Positions 5,951 to 13,928 of a DNA stretch of 43,071 nt are shown piece by piece. The notes below the pieces were generated by a model. It ran no database searches. It saw only the letters and a list, made by a program, of their open reading frames with translations, and was not told the origin of the DNA. Both the position numbers and the translations under genes were made by a program. Source of the DNA: Casimicrobiaceae bacterium (lineage in GTDB: Bacteria > Pseudomonadota > Gammaproteobacteria > Burkholderiales > Casimicrobiaceae); the NCBI GenBank assembly GCA_036786505.1, contig DAIQRF010000001.1, positions 1 to 43,071 of the forward strand. Direction: 5' to 3'. Every line of letters starts with the position of its first letter. Position 1 is the first letter of the stretch.

Positions 5951-6292
5951 CTACGCTCCGGCGCGACGCGCCTTGGTCGCCGGCGTCGAGCCCGCGCCGC
6001 CGGTCGTCGAGCCCTGCGCGGTTTCCTGCGAGCTTTCGAGCACCAGATCATATGCCTTGCGGTTCTTCACCCCGGCCCAGTAAGTCCTGAGCTTAAGGCT
6101 GCACTGAGTGAGCGTCCGCGTCGTTGCGCGGATATTGGCCGGAATGATTTTCGCGCTCGAACCTTTGACGCCAAGCATGGCATTGTTGGCGGCTGCGTTC
6201 GCTTCAAGCGTTGTCAAATAGTCGGCATGCGGCAGCATCTGCGACGCGGCCGGCGTGCGGGTGGTGGAGCGGGTTTTCGCGGTGGTGGTCAT
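5951..6292 (-). CDS. Hypothetical protein (113 aa)
   Basis: ORF track 5951..6346, Met19 at 6292 with AAGGGAGAA RBS. Confidence 0.7.
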   Translation of the reverse strand: MTTTAKTRSTTRTPAASQMLPHADYLTTLEANAAANNAMLGVKGSSAKIIPANIRATTRTLTQCSLKLRTYWAGVKNRKAYDLVLESSQETAQGSTTGGAGSTPATKARRAGA

Positions 6293-6316
6293 GGTGGTGG
6301 TTCTCCCTTGGCAGCC

Positions 6317-6346
6317 AGTATGCGCGCCAGCGGCGCGCCACGTCAA
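6317..6346 (-). promoter_or_regulatory. Sigma70-like promoter TTGACG-18nt-CATACT for the leftward operon starting at 6292
   Basis: Read directly on the minus strand. 24 nt, including the RBS, lie between the -10 box and the ATG. Confidence 0.45.
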
Positions 6347-6394
6347 GGGCTACGCGGAGCTGAACGCGCAGGAAGTCGGGTCGAAGAGAATTTC

Positions 6395-6465
6395 GTGAAG
6401 ACGGAACGGCTGGCGGCGATGGTACTCGCAACCACTATCAAGTCAACCGCCAGCCGTCCCTTCAC
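6395..6465. other. Long imperfect hairpin in a divergent intergenic region
   Basis: gtgaag/cttcac, ggac/gtcc (one bulge) and ggctggcgg/ccgccagcc arms (about 19 bp) around a ~30-nt loop. Confidence 0.4.
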
Positions 6466-6534
6466 GCGTGATGTATTCATATTACACGCACGCCCGAACA
6501 GCTTCATCGGAGCCCCTTAGTGTACAATTCCCCC

Positions 6535-6708
6535 ATGGACGGCGCAGAGCTTTACGAGATGCTCACCGAGGAACTCGACACGGAAGGCATTCAGGCCCTG
6601 CCGTGGGAAGAACTCAACGACCGCTACAAGATCGCGTGGGGAAAGCTGGCGCGGCGTCTAGACCGCGAGCAGCCGCGGCAGGCGATGCTCAGCTCGTACC
6701 CCGACTAA
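6535..6708 (+). CDS. Small acidic protein (57 aa; alternative GTG start at 6520)
   Basis: ORF track 6520..6708. TACAAT box at 6523..6528 lies 6 nt before ATG 6535. No SD. Confidence 0.5.
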   Translation: MDGAELYEMLTEELDTEGIQALPWEELNDRYKIAWGKLARRLDREQPRQAMLSSYPD

Positions 6709-6721
6709 AACCGCCGCCGTA

Positions 6722-7582
6722 TCACGCCGCCGAGGCCGCCTTAATCGCGTCGTACACCGCCGTCAACATCGTGCGGTCCGCCGCCACAAACCCGTCGCCC
6801 GCAGCGCCAGCGCCGCCGCCGGCAAGTCCCGGCGCCGTCTCACCAGCCGCAAGGATCGCGGCCGTGAACGTAATCCCAAGCTGGAGCGAAACCAGCGACT
6901 CGCCCGCATTGAGCAGCATCGGCTCCGGAACCCGCGCCGTCACATCGAGCCCGCTCGCTGAGGTTTCCGGCACCCAGACGAGATTGTGCAGCGCGAGCTG
7001 CGCGGCGTCCCAGTGGCCCGGCGAAGCTATGCCCGCCTTGTTCATCGCCGCCAGGAGCTGGCCGACATTTTGACCTCCGGTGGTGGGATCGCCCGTCGCG
7101 CCAGCGGGCATGAGGACATAGGGACGCCGCGTCTCGCCGTTCCAGGTAAAAACCAGAAACTGGCTCGAACCCGCGGTCGGATCTACCACCATCGTGCCGG
7201 CGATCGCCGCCAGCCATTTGGCGTCGGCGAGGGACGATAGCGTTCCGGGGTCGACGTTTTGCGGCGCGAATTCGAGGCCGGCAAAATGGATTTGTTTGGT
7301 CGCGGGCGTAGCCGCGGGAACGTAAGCAGCGAAGGTCGGCGAACCGGGCAGGTTCACTGTCATCGCCTCGGCGCCAGGGATCGTGAGTGTGATCAGCGCC
7401 GGTAACATAACGCTGCCGTTCCAGACCTGGTAAGTGCTGTCGACGCCAGCGACGGCCGCGGGATCGAACCAGTCCTTGATCGGGTACGCCGGATTCCACG
7501 CCGGCGCCTGCATGCCGGCAGTGGACTGGAATGAAGCGCGGTTGTACGTCGGGAAGCGGTAACGAGCCGAGAGTGCGATCAT
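6722..7582 (-). CDS. Hypothetical protein (286 aa)
   Basis: ORF track 6722..7618, Met13 at 7582 with GGGTGAAG upstream. Confidence 0.8.
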   Translation of the reverse strand: MIALSARYRFPTYNRASFQSTAGMQAPAWNPAYPIKDWFDPAAVAGVDSTYQVWNGSVMLPALITLTIPGAEAMTVNLPGSPTFAAYVPAATPATKQIHFAGLEFAPQNVDPGTLSSLADAKWLAAIAGTMVVDPTAGSSQFLVFTWNGETRRPYVLMPAGATGDPTTGGQNVGQLLAAMNKAGIASPGHWDAAQLALHNLVWVPETSASGLDVTARVPEPMLLNAGESLVSLQLGITFTAAILAAGETAPGLAGGGAGAAGDGFVAADRTMLTAVYDAIKAASAA

Positions 7583-7630
7583 GACTTCACCCTGGACCCT
7601 GAAGCTACCGGGCGTCAAGGGTCGCGCGGT

Positions 7631-7897
7631 TTAGTCCACCGGCACGACGCAGATGAAGATGCAATCAACAAACACCGACGGGATAATATTCCGGGCTGTA
7701 TCCAGCCGCGCGCTCAGAAGGTCCTGTGCCTGCATTTCCGCGAGCGAGCTGGCGCGCACCACTTGTCCGAAGGCGCCGACGGGATTGCCCTGGTAGCATA
7801 TTGGGACAACCGCGCCGGCCGGCGGCATCACCCACGAGTGGACTATCAGATGCCCCTGCGCTTCGACCAGCGCGGCCCCCAGCTCGGCGTCCGTCAT
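7631..7897 (-). CDS. Hypothetical protein (88 aa)
   Basis: ORF track. ATGA overlap with the upstream micro-ORF. Confidence 0.7.
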   Translation of the reverse strand: MTDAELGAALVEAQGHLIVHSWVMPPAGAVVPICYQGNPVGAFGQVVRASSLAEMQAQDLLSARLDTARNIIPSVFVDCIFICVVPVD

Positions 7898-8007
7898 GTA
7901 CTAGGCCCGAGGACCCACACGATTGCGGCCGCGCCCGCCACACAGACGAGCAGCACAAGGAACGCGACGATCCGCGAGCCCCGGTCGTCGCCGCGCTGCC
8001 GGCTCAT
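7894..8007 (-). CDS. 37-aa single-pass membrane micro-ORF
   Basis: Hand-translated MSRQRGDDRGSRIVAFLVLLVCVAGAAAIVWVLGPST. ATGA overlaps at both ends. Confidence 0.4.
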   Translation of the reverse strand: MSRQRGDDRGSRIVAFLVLLVCVAGAAAIVWVLGPST

Positions 8008-8174
8008 GCGTCCCCGCCGTCGCGTACATACGCGCGCTCGGCGGAGCGGCGCAGCGCCCGGCGTTCCTCGTCATCCTGCCGCCTTAGATCGAGGCGCCAG
8101 TAAAGTTCGAGGGCCACGGCGGCGGCGAGCGCGAGGGCAATCAGAATCGCGGTGAGCCAATCGCCGGCGCTCAC
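8004..8174 (-). CDS. 56-aa single-pass membrane micro-ORF (GTG start)
   Basis: Hand-translated VSAGDWLTAILIALALAAAVALELYWRLDLRRQDDEERRALRRSAERAYVRDGGDA. GGGAGG 6 nt upstream. GTGA and ATGA overlaps. Confidence 0.45.
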   Translation of the reverse strand: MSAGDWLTAILIALALAAAVALELYWRLDLRRQDDEERRALRRSAERAYVRDGGDA

Positions 8175-8656
8175 GACGCACCTCCCGCCGCTTCGTCCGC
8201 GATCGCGCTGCGGAAGTTCTCGCGCGCGGCGCCCTTCTGCCGCGCCGTCGCGCGCCGCTGGCGCTGCTCCCAGCCCGCCCCCCAGCGCTTCACCTGCTCG
8301 ACTGAGTCCAGCTTTGGCCGCGCGTGCTGTGCCGGCGGCTGCGGATCGACGAGCGCGTACTGGCGCAGTAGATTGAACTTGTCATCAAGCAGCAGCGCCC
8401 CGCAGTGAGTCACGGCGTTGAGTACCGCCGCGTGCCGCCCGAAGTGCCGCGAGAATTGATCCTCGCGCAGGCAGACGGCGTTGCCGAGCGCAACGTATTC
8501 GATCTCGCCGCAAACTTGATTGTGCACAATCACCACGCACGTCGTGATGGCCCGCACCGGCGCGTGGCGTTTCAGCGCGTGCGTGGCGCCGTGCTCGTAG
8601 CGCGTGTGGCGGAACGCGATCTCGAAGACGCGGCCGTCGAGGATGATGTCGATCAT
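8171..8656 (-). CDS. Hypothetical protein (161 aa)
   Basis: ORF track. Coupled to its neighbours. Confidence 0.8.
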   Translation of the reverse strand: MIDIILDGRVFEIAFRHTRYEHGATHALKRHAPVRAITTCVVIVHNQVCGEIEYVALGNAVCLREDQFSRHFGRHAAVLNAVTHCGALLLDDKFNLLRQYALVDPQPPAQHARPKLDSVEQVKRWGAGWEQRQRRATARQKGAARENFRSAIADEAAGGAS

Positions 8657-8892
8657 GAGATTGCCTCCTTCCGCGCCGCCGCGGCTCGTTCATTCCGTAC
8701 GTGGCGGCGCAACTCCCCTATATCCATCCGATCCCAGTTGTGTCCGCAGCACCAACGGCAGCGGCGCGAATTGCCGGTCAGCTTTTCCAGCTCGGCGATG
8801 GAGTCGAGGATCTCAATCGCTTCGATCAACACTGGATCACCGAAACGGAGCGGGCGAACCGCGATCTCGCCAGCCGCGTCGATTGCGTTCAT
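8653..8892 (-). CDS. Hypothetical protein (79 aa) with a CRWCC motif
   Basis: ORF track. ATGA overlaps. Confidence 0.75.
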   Translation of the reverse strand: MNAIDAAGEIAVRPLRFGDPVLIEAIEILDSIAELEKLTGNSRRCRWCCGHNWDRMDIGELRRHVRNERAAAARKEAIS

Positions 8893-9224
8893 GAACTAGC
8901 CTCCATTGCTGCATTCAGCAGCGGCCGCGCCTGGTCTTTCCGCGCCGCGCGGGTTTCGTGGTGGAACAGTTGATCGCGGCGAAGGTGGCAACCGCGACAA
9001 AGCCAGGCGAGATTCTTAGGGCGGTCGTCGCCGGCGACGTTATTTTTATGGCTGCACCCACACTGGATCAACACGCGCCGTTTTCCTTTGATGCGGAAGA
9101 CGGTGTTTCCATTTTTCTCGCCGCAGTCCTCGCAGCGATCGCTGGCGCGTTCACAGCACGCCGCGCGCGCCGCCTTCCACTGCGGCGTGCGATAGAAGTG
9201 AAGAAGATCAGCGCGGATCGGCAT
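8889..9224 (-). CDS. HNH endonuclease (111 aa)
   Basis: CEDCG...CGCSHKNN...NLAWLCRGCHLRRD pattern. Met20 of ORF 8889..9281. Confidence 0.8.
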   Translation of the reverse strand: MPIRADLLHFYRTPQWKAARAACCERASDRCEDCGEKNGNTVFRIKGKRRVLIQCGCSHKNNVAGDDRPKNLAWLCRGCHLRRDQLFHHETRAARKDQARPLLNAAMEASS

Positions 9225-9381
9225 CTTTCGCCTTTCGTTTCCGCCCGACCGGCCAGCCAGGATAGTGGTCGCGCATCCCATAACGGACCTGGAGCGCCTT
9301 CTCGCGATTCGCAGTAGCGAGCCGTGCGGCGCCGCGCTTGCGCGCCGCGGCTTCGACGGCGGGATAGGGACGGTGGATCAT
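9208..9381 (-). CDS. Hypothetical basic protein (57 aa)
   Basis: ORF track 9208..9459, Met27 with AAAGGAGG RBS. Confidence 0.5.
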   Translation of the reverse strand: MIHRPYPAVEAAARKRGAARLATANREKALQVRYGMRDHYPGWPVGRKRKAKDADPR

Positions 9382-9551
9382 GGCAGGGTTACCTCCTTTT
9401 TCGCCGCCTCGTAACACCGCGTGCACACGTCGCGCTCGCCGCCCTTTCGCGCCACGCACGCCGCGCAGTTGCAGCAGTCCTTAAAACAGCGCTGGCATAC
9501 GCCGCCCCAGGGCGGCGCCGCCGCGACGTCGATCACATTCGGCTCAGGCAT
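9378..9551 (-). CDS. Cys-rich zinc-finger-like protein (57 aa)
   Basis: Hand-translated MPEPNVIDVAAAPPWGGVCQRCFKDCCNCAACVARKGGERDVCTRCYEAAKKEVTLP. ATGA overlap downstream. Confidence 0.5.
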   Translation of the reverse strand: MPEPNVIDVAAAPPWGGVCQRCFKDCCNCAACVARKGGERDVCTRCYEAAKKEVTLP

Positions 9552-9759
9552 CGAATGCTTTCTCGGTGTTGAACGCCACCCGCATGCATTCGGTCGCTTC
9601 CCGCAGGCTTTCGTCGGCAGTGCTACGAAGGAGCGCCTGCGCTATGACCTTGCCGGACTCACCGGTTTGATTGCAGCATTCGATCAAGACCTTCAGTGTC
9701 GTCCGATGCGTCTCGCGCACCAGCCACCATTCGCGGTCCGTAAGCGGCTCACTCGCCAT
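9544..9759 (-). CDS. Hypothetical protein (71 aa)
   Basis: ORF track 9544..9894, Met46. The upstream part is Arg-rich and overlaps the preceding gene. Confidence 0.6.
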   Translation of the reverse strand: MASEPLTDREWWLVRETHRTTLKVLIECCNQTGESGKVIAQALLRSTADESLREATECMRVAFNTEKAFDA

Positions 9760-10969
9760 CGCCAGCCGCCTTTGTTTTTGCGCCCAGAACCTCCCGCGCC
9801 CATTCGACGTCGTGCGGCGCCGCGTTCGGATCCGCCAGCGTCGTCTCGGCGTCGCGCCGATATTGGGCGTCGCGCGCCTCGGCTTGCTGCGCATCCCGCA
9901 CCGTGCGTTCTTCTTCCCGCCGGGCTGCTTCCCGTGCCCGACCGAGCGGCGGCCCGACGGCGTCGTTCGCTAGCGTCTTCAGGAGCAGACCCACTGGGCT
10001 GTGCGCGCCCGGCGAGGCGCGCAGCTTGGCCGCGGCCAGGTGTACAACCTCCAACGCCGTGAGCGCCGGCTCCACCGCGCGGCACCTCTGTAGGAGCTGC
10101 GCCGCCGTTTTGAGGTTCAACCCCTCGATTCGGTGAGCCACCATCACCACCTCAGAAACGTTGGTTTCAGCAGAAGGTGGTGGTGGTGATTCCTCTACTG
10201 TGTGGTGTGGTGTGAAAGGCAATAATGATGGGCCTTTTTGTACACCGCCCGATGCGGCCGTGTTCAACGCCATGGACACCGCCGCAGTACCATTCCCGTG
10301 TACAAAGGAAGGCTCGTCGAGCAGCATGGGCTGGAACCAGCGCTGCGCCTGCGCCGCTTTTTTCGGTAGTACGATTTTTGATGCGCCGAGCGACCGGAGC
10401 GTGGTAACCTCTACCCGTGAGAGTTCATGACGAAGCCCAGCGAGGCCCTCCAGAAAAGCCTCCTGGCGCCACGCCGTGAGCGCGGTCCAAGTCGTTCGTA
10501 TTTGGCTACGTTTCTCGGCTGACTGCTTCCAATAGAAATCAACGAGATAGCCCGGAAAACTCCCGTGTACCCAGGAGTTCTCGTCGGCGGTTGCGTCGGC
10601 CACCGGCGCCGCCGGAACCGGTATCTCTTCGGGCACATCGGCCCGATACCAGAGCTGCGCCTTCTTCAACCGGATGCGCCCCTCGGCGACCAACGCCGTG
10701 CAGTGGTTGAGTACCGTCTTAAGCGCCAGGCCGAGATCCGCCGCGCACGCCTCGACGCGTAGCGGGCGGCCCGCTTCGCCGATGCACTTGGGTGAGCCCC
10801 GCGCGACCGAGTGGAGTTTCACCCACGCGAGCACGCGCTCCTTGCCCTCGCCGTTCAGCATCTGCCACCTCCAGTGCTCGATGGCCTCGGGCTCCCAGCC
10901 GCCCTTCTTGCCGCTTTCGCGGCACGCCGCCATCAGCTCGTTGTATTTGAGGCCGCCGGCGCCCTTCAT
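9749..10969 (-). CDS. Winged-helix DNA-binding protein, possible replication initiator (406 aa)
   Basis: ORF track 9749..10996, Met10 with AGGGGG RBS. wHTH-like DLGLALKTVLNHCTALVAEGRIRL. The function is a guess from size and position. Confidence 0.8.
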   Translation of the reverse strand: MKGAGGLKYNELMAACRESGKKGGWEPEAIEHWRWQMLNGEGKERVLAWVKLHSVARGSPKCIGEAGRPLRVEACAADLGLALKTVLNHCTALVAEGRIRLKKAQLWYRADVPEEIPVPAAPVADATADENSWVHGSFPGYLVDFYWKQSAEKRSQIRTTWTALTAWRQEAFLEGLAGLRHELSRVEVTTLRSLGASKIVLPKKAAQAQRWFQPMLLDEPSFVHGNGTAAVSMALNTAASGGVQKGPSLLPFTPHHTVEESPPPPSAETNVSEVVMVAHRIEGLNLKTAAQLLQRCRAVEPALTALEVVHLAAAKLRASPGAHSPVGLLLKTLANDAVGPPLGRAREAARREEERTVRDAQQAEARDAQYRRDAETTLADPNAAPHDVEWAREVLGAKTKAAGDGE

Positions 10970-11238
10970 CGTGAGCCCCCTGGGATCTGGAAGCAACTTC
11001 CGATAACAGATAATTCGGCAACTGAATGAATGGTCATCAGCACCCCTCTCAAGGCGGTCGGGCTGAGCGTGGGAAGAGTCCCACCGGGGCGGCAGGCACC
11101 ACGCTCAATCCCAAGCTTCTTACGATCTCCGGGAGCTACCCAGCGAACGTGAAAATCATAACACAGCGGCACCGGAGGGTGCTCGCGAACGAACGGCGCC
11201 ACAGCGGGCGCAGTTCGGGCAGACAAATAATTGAGCAT
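10966..11238 (-). CDS. Possible small protein (90 aa), weak coding signal
   Basis: ORF track 10966..11304, Met23. ATGA overlap with the 406-aa gene. Low third-position GC bias. Confidence 0.35.
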   Translation of the reverse strand: MLNYLSARTAPAVAPFVREHPPVPLCYDFHVRWVAPGDRKKLGIERGACRPGGTLPTLSPTALRGVLMTIHSVAELSVIGSCFQIPGGSR

Positions 11239-11266
11239 TGATTCGCTTTCTGGCGGAGAGGATGTG

Positions 11267-11296
11267 TTGCGCGGCGAGGAGTGCTGCGAATAGAAT
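11267..11296 (+). promoter_or_regulatory. Candidate promoter TTGCGC-18nt-TAGAAT
   Basis: Read directly. Same -35 hexamer as the promoter at 476..504. About 30 nt upstream of a strong intrinsic terminator. Confidence 0.4.
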
Positions 11297-11302
11297 AAAA
11301 CC

Positions 11303-11363
11303 AATCACTCGAAAACCTTTCGATCAGGGCGCGCCGTCGAACACCGGCGCGCCCTCCCTTTTT
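11303..11363 (+). ncRNA. Candidate ~60-nt small RNA (two stem-loops)
   Basis: Predicted start ~7 nt after TAGAAT. SL1 tcgaaa-acc-tttcga (11309..11323). SL2 is the terminator. No ORF fits. Confidence 0.4.
11326..11363 (+). terminator. Intrinsic terminator
   Basis: 11-bp GC-rich stem agggcgcgccg / cggcgcgccct, 8-nt loop, then cccttttt. Confidence 0.7.
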
Positions 11364-11469
11364 CCGAACCGAACCGCAACAAATTACCGCTTGAGCTTAC
11401 AACCGATCGCGGGCGAAGCGCTACCGCGCGCGCGAGCCAAGTGGCGGCGGACCTTGCGACCATAGAGTC

Positions 11470-11733
11470 GTGACCCATGCGCGCGGCGTTTGCGACAAGA
11501 AAATAGCAGCCGCCATCAATGCCCGGCACGCGCAGAAGCTTGTCGCGCTCGGTATGACCGCGGCCGACGTCGCGCGGCGGATGGGCGTCGCGCCTTCTAC
11601 CGTCGCGAGTTGGCTGAAGCCCCGGCCGCGGACGACGATCAAGGCGCCTACGAAGCCACCGAGCCATGCGAACTATGAGCCCCGTGAGGGCGCGCACGGT
11701 TATCGCCGCGACGTTTCCAAGCCCGCAGCCTAA
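11470..11733 (+). CDS. HTH DNA-binding protein (87 aa), first gene of the long rightward block
   Basis: GTG start. HTH GMTAADVARRMGVAPSTVASWLK. Confidence 0.75.
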   Translation: MTHARGVCDKKIAAAINARHAQKLVALGMTAADVARRMGVAPSTVASWLKPRPRTTIKAPTKPPSHANYEPREGAHGYRRDVSKPAA

Positions 11734-11824
11734 GGCGATCTCCCAACTGACCGGCCGTCGCCGATCAGGGGATCATAAGCGACATGTCCCCTCATCTGCC
11801 GTTTCGCGGCTCGTTCCGCCGTGC

Positions 11825-11835
11825 TGGCGACTATA
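11825..11835 (+). promoter_or_regulatory. TGGCGACTATA motif copy, 14 nt before the sigma-1 ATG
   Basis: 10/11 match to TGGCGACTACA. Confidence 0.4.
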
Positions 11836-11849
11836 ACTCCGTCACCACT

Positions 11850-12422
11850 ATGCCGACTGTCATCTGCATTGATACTGGCCTCCACCGAAAGCGCGTCCTC
11901 GAAGCCCGCAACGCGCTCGTCGAAGCCCACATGTACCTCGTGCCGGATATCGCCGGCCGGATCCGCGCCGGCCTACCACCCTCGTTCGATCTCGAAGATC
12001 TGATCAGCGAGGGAAATATCGGCCTCATCCAAGCGGCCACCCGCTACAGGCCGAGCGCGCACAACCGAACTCCCTTCTCCGCATACGCACGCAAGCGGAT
12101 ACGCGGCGCCATCATGGACAGCGTGCGCCGCCGCCGCTACACCGACAACACTCACCAAGCGTTGCCGGTAGAGATCACGAACTCGCGCAGCCTATCGTAC
12201 AGCAACACCGCGGAGGCCTCCGTCGACGAAGCCACTACGCTGCGCCGCCTGGAGCGCGCAATGACGTGGCTGCCGCGGGCGAAGCAACGCCTCCTCCAGA
12301 ACCTCTACTGCGATCGCATCAAGCCGCGCCCCACCGCCGCGTTCAAGCGGCGCAAAGACGTGATCGAAATCCACCCGGTCGCCCTCGCACAACTGAAAGT
12401 GGAATTCAGGCGAGCCGCGTGA
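11850..12422 (+). CDS. Sigma-70 family factor 1 (190 aa)
   Basis: Region-2-like DLEDLISEGNIGLIQAATRYRP...FSAYARKRIRGAIMDSVRR. Weaker region-4-like C-terminus. Met23 of ORF 11784..12422. Confidence 0.85.
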   Translation: MPTVICIDTGLHRKRVLEARNALVEAHMYLVPDIAGRIRAGLPPSFDLEDLISEGNIGLIQAATRYRPSAHNRTPFSAYARKRIRGAIMDSVRRRRYTDNTHQALPVEITNSRSLSYSNTAEASVDEATTLRRLERAMTWLPRAKQRLLQNLYCDRIKPRPTAAFKRRKDVIEIHPVALAQLKVEFRRAA

Positions 12423-13009
12423 CAGGCGACGAGCGTGACGCGCTAATCCTCAGCCTGGCGCCGCAAGTAAAAAAGCTTGCCTTTCGGAAATGGAATGCGA
12501 CCCCGAAGCGCGTGGGGCTCGATGAGCTGACCTCGGCGGCATGGCTCGGCGCCATCGCCGCGGTGGACCGCTTTGAGGTGGAGCGCGGCGTGAACCTCGC
12601 GACCTACGCGGACTGGAAAATTCGCAGCGCGATTGCCGATTACTTACGCAGCCTCGATCCGTTGACCCGTGGTCATCGGCGTCAGGTTAGCGCCGGAGAA
12701 TGCGAGCCGGTGATCGTGATGTCGCTACAGGACCGCGTGCGCGCCCTACACGCCGGCTCCGACGATTGCACGCTCGCGGAGACTCTCCCCGATCGCCGCG
12801 CCGCACTAGAACAGAGGCGCGCAGAGGAGCACGCGTCGCTTCAAGCGATCTACGCGCGTGCGCAATTGCAGCCGCGCAGTGCCAAAGTGCTGAAGCGCTG
12901 GGTTGAAGGGGAGACTCTTCTGGAAATCGGCGCGTCCATCGGCGTCGTTGAATCCCGCGCCTCGCATATTTGTAGCGCCGCGATCCGCAAGCTGCGCGCC
13001 GCCGCGTAA
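12419..13009 (+). CDS. Sigma-70 family factor 2 (196 aa)
   Basis: GTG start in a GTGA overlap. Region 2 ELTSAAWLGAIAAVDRFEVERGVNLATYADWKIRSAIADYLR. Region 4 LLEIGASIGVVESRASHICSAAIRKLR. Confidence 0.85.
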   Translation: MTGDERDALILSLAPQVKKLAFRKWNATPKRVGLDELTSAAWLGAIAAVDRFEVERGVNLATYADWKIRSAIADYLRSLDPLTRGHRRQVSAGECEPVIVMSLQDRVRALHAGSDDCTLAETLPDRRAALEQRRAEEHASLQAIYARAQLQPRSAKVLKRWVEGETLLEIGASIGVVESRASHICSAAIRKLRAAA

Positions 13010-13034
13010 AACGGGGCGCAGCGAGGGAAGCAAA

Positions 13035-13298
13035 ATGAAAAACGCAGAAATTGTGAAAGTCCTCGATAGGCTACGGAAACGCTATGGCTTGATGGTCTGG
13101 GACGACTGGAATCGACTTACAATAGTCGAAAAGATCGAGATGATTTGCTGGTCGCTTGAATCCAGGGCACTCGGCTTGGCGCGGTGCCCCGCCCCTCGCA
13201 ATCCTCTGCATGGCGACTACAGAGGAGAATGTCCACCAAAGCCGCAGCCCGCGCGCCCGCGCCCTACGCCGCCCTCGCCGACGAACTCGGCGCCCTGA
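13035..13298 (+). CDS. Hypothetical protein (87 aa)
   Basis: Met45 of ORF 12903..13298. GAGGGAAG RBS. Its 3' end overlaps the next gene by 70 nt. Confidence 0.55.
   Translation: MKNAEIVKVLDRLRKRYGLMVWDDWNRLTIVEKIEMICWSLESRALGLARCPAPRNPLHGDYRGECPPKPQPARPRPTPPSPTNSAP
13211..13225 (+). promoter_or_regulatory. TGGCGACTACAGAGG motif copy, 3 nt before ATG 13229
   Basis: 15-mer identical to 24383..24397. Confidence 0.45.
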
Positions 13299-13648
13299 AA
13301 AAAGAATACGCGCTCCTCATCGCGCCGTTCGCGCTCAAGAAGCCGCGCATGGAAGCGCTGGAAAAACAGCTCCGCGATGCCTGCCCCGTCGCGGCCGACG
13401 CAGAGTGGACCGCCCACGGCCTCCGCTTCGATGTCATCCTCGGGCAGCGCGCCGAATGGCGCATCGTCAATATCACGAAGCTGATCAAGGCCATCGGACA
13501 GAAAGCGTTTAACGCCTTCGCCACCGTCTCGCTGAAGGACCTCGAAGCGCACCCGGCGGTCTCGGCCGACACACTGGCCACCATCATCCAAAAGAACCGC
13601 GTCGGACCGCGGACGCTAAAGACCGTCGAGAAGGGAACCGCCGCGTGA
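13229..13648 (+). CDS. Hypothetical protein (139 aa)
   Basis: Met16 of ORF 13184..13648. GAGGAGA RBS. Confidence 0.7.
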   Translation: MSTKAAARAPAPYAALADELGALKKEYALLIAPFALKKPRMEALEKQLRDACPVAADAEWTAHGLRFDVILGQRAEWRIVNITKLIKAIGQKAFNAFATVSLKDLEAHPAVSADTLATIIQKNRVGPRTLKTVEKGTAA

Positions 13649-13709
13649 GTGCTTTACACCGTGGACGCTTATCTCTTCCTGTTCGATCCCCCCGATCCAC
13701 GGATGCCCG

Positions 13710-13928
13710 ATGGATATGAAAGCAACACGGGCACCGCGCACCAGCGTGATCGGCGTCCGCGCCGCCTGGACGTGCTGCGTTTGCCGCGCCCAGGAAACCA
13801 CGTACCAAATCATCAGCGCCACTGACCTCACGCTCGACCTCCCCAAAGGGTGGACGCAGCGCGACGGGCGCACCTACTGCGCCGACGCGGCGCCGCTAAG
13901 TGGCTTACTCAAGGAAAGAACCCATTGA
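13710..13928 (+). CDS. Hypothetical Cys-containing protein (72 aa)
   Basis: ORF track. Confidence 0.55.
   Translation: MDMKATRAPRTSVIGVRAAWTCCVCRAQETTYQIISATDLTLDLPKGWTQRDGRTYCADAAPLSGLLKERTH

Noticed and set aside
11026-11465. Plus-strand ORFs 11026..11241 and 11238..11465 in the control region
   Set aside because: Coding bias is weak. The second ORF runs straight through the intrinsic terminator hairpin.
13210-13512. Out-of-frame ORFs starting at the motif-embedded NTG codons (13210, 14292, 24382/24361) as real proteins
   Set aside because: The translations are Arg-rich or very short and overlap well-supported genes. They are treated as a property of the motif, not as genes.
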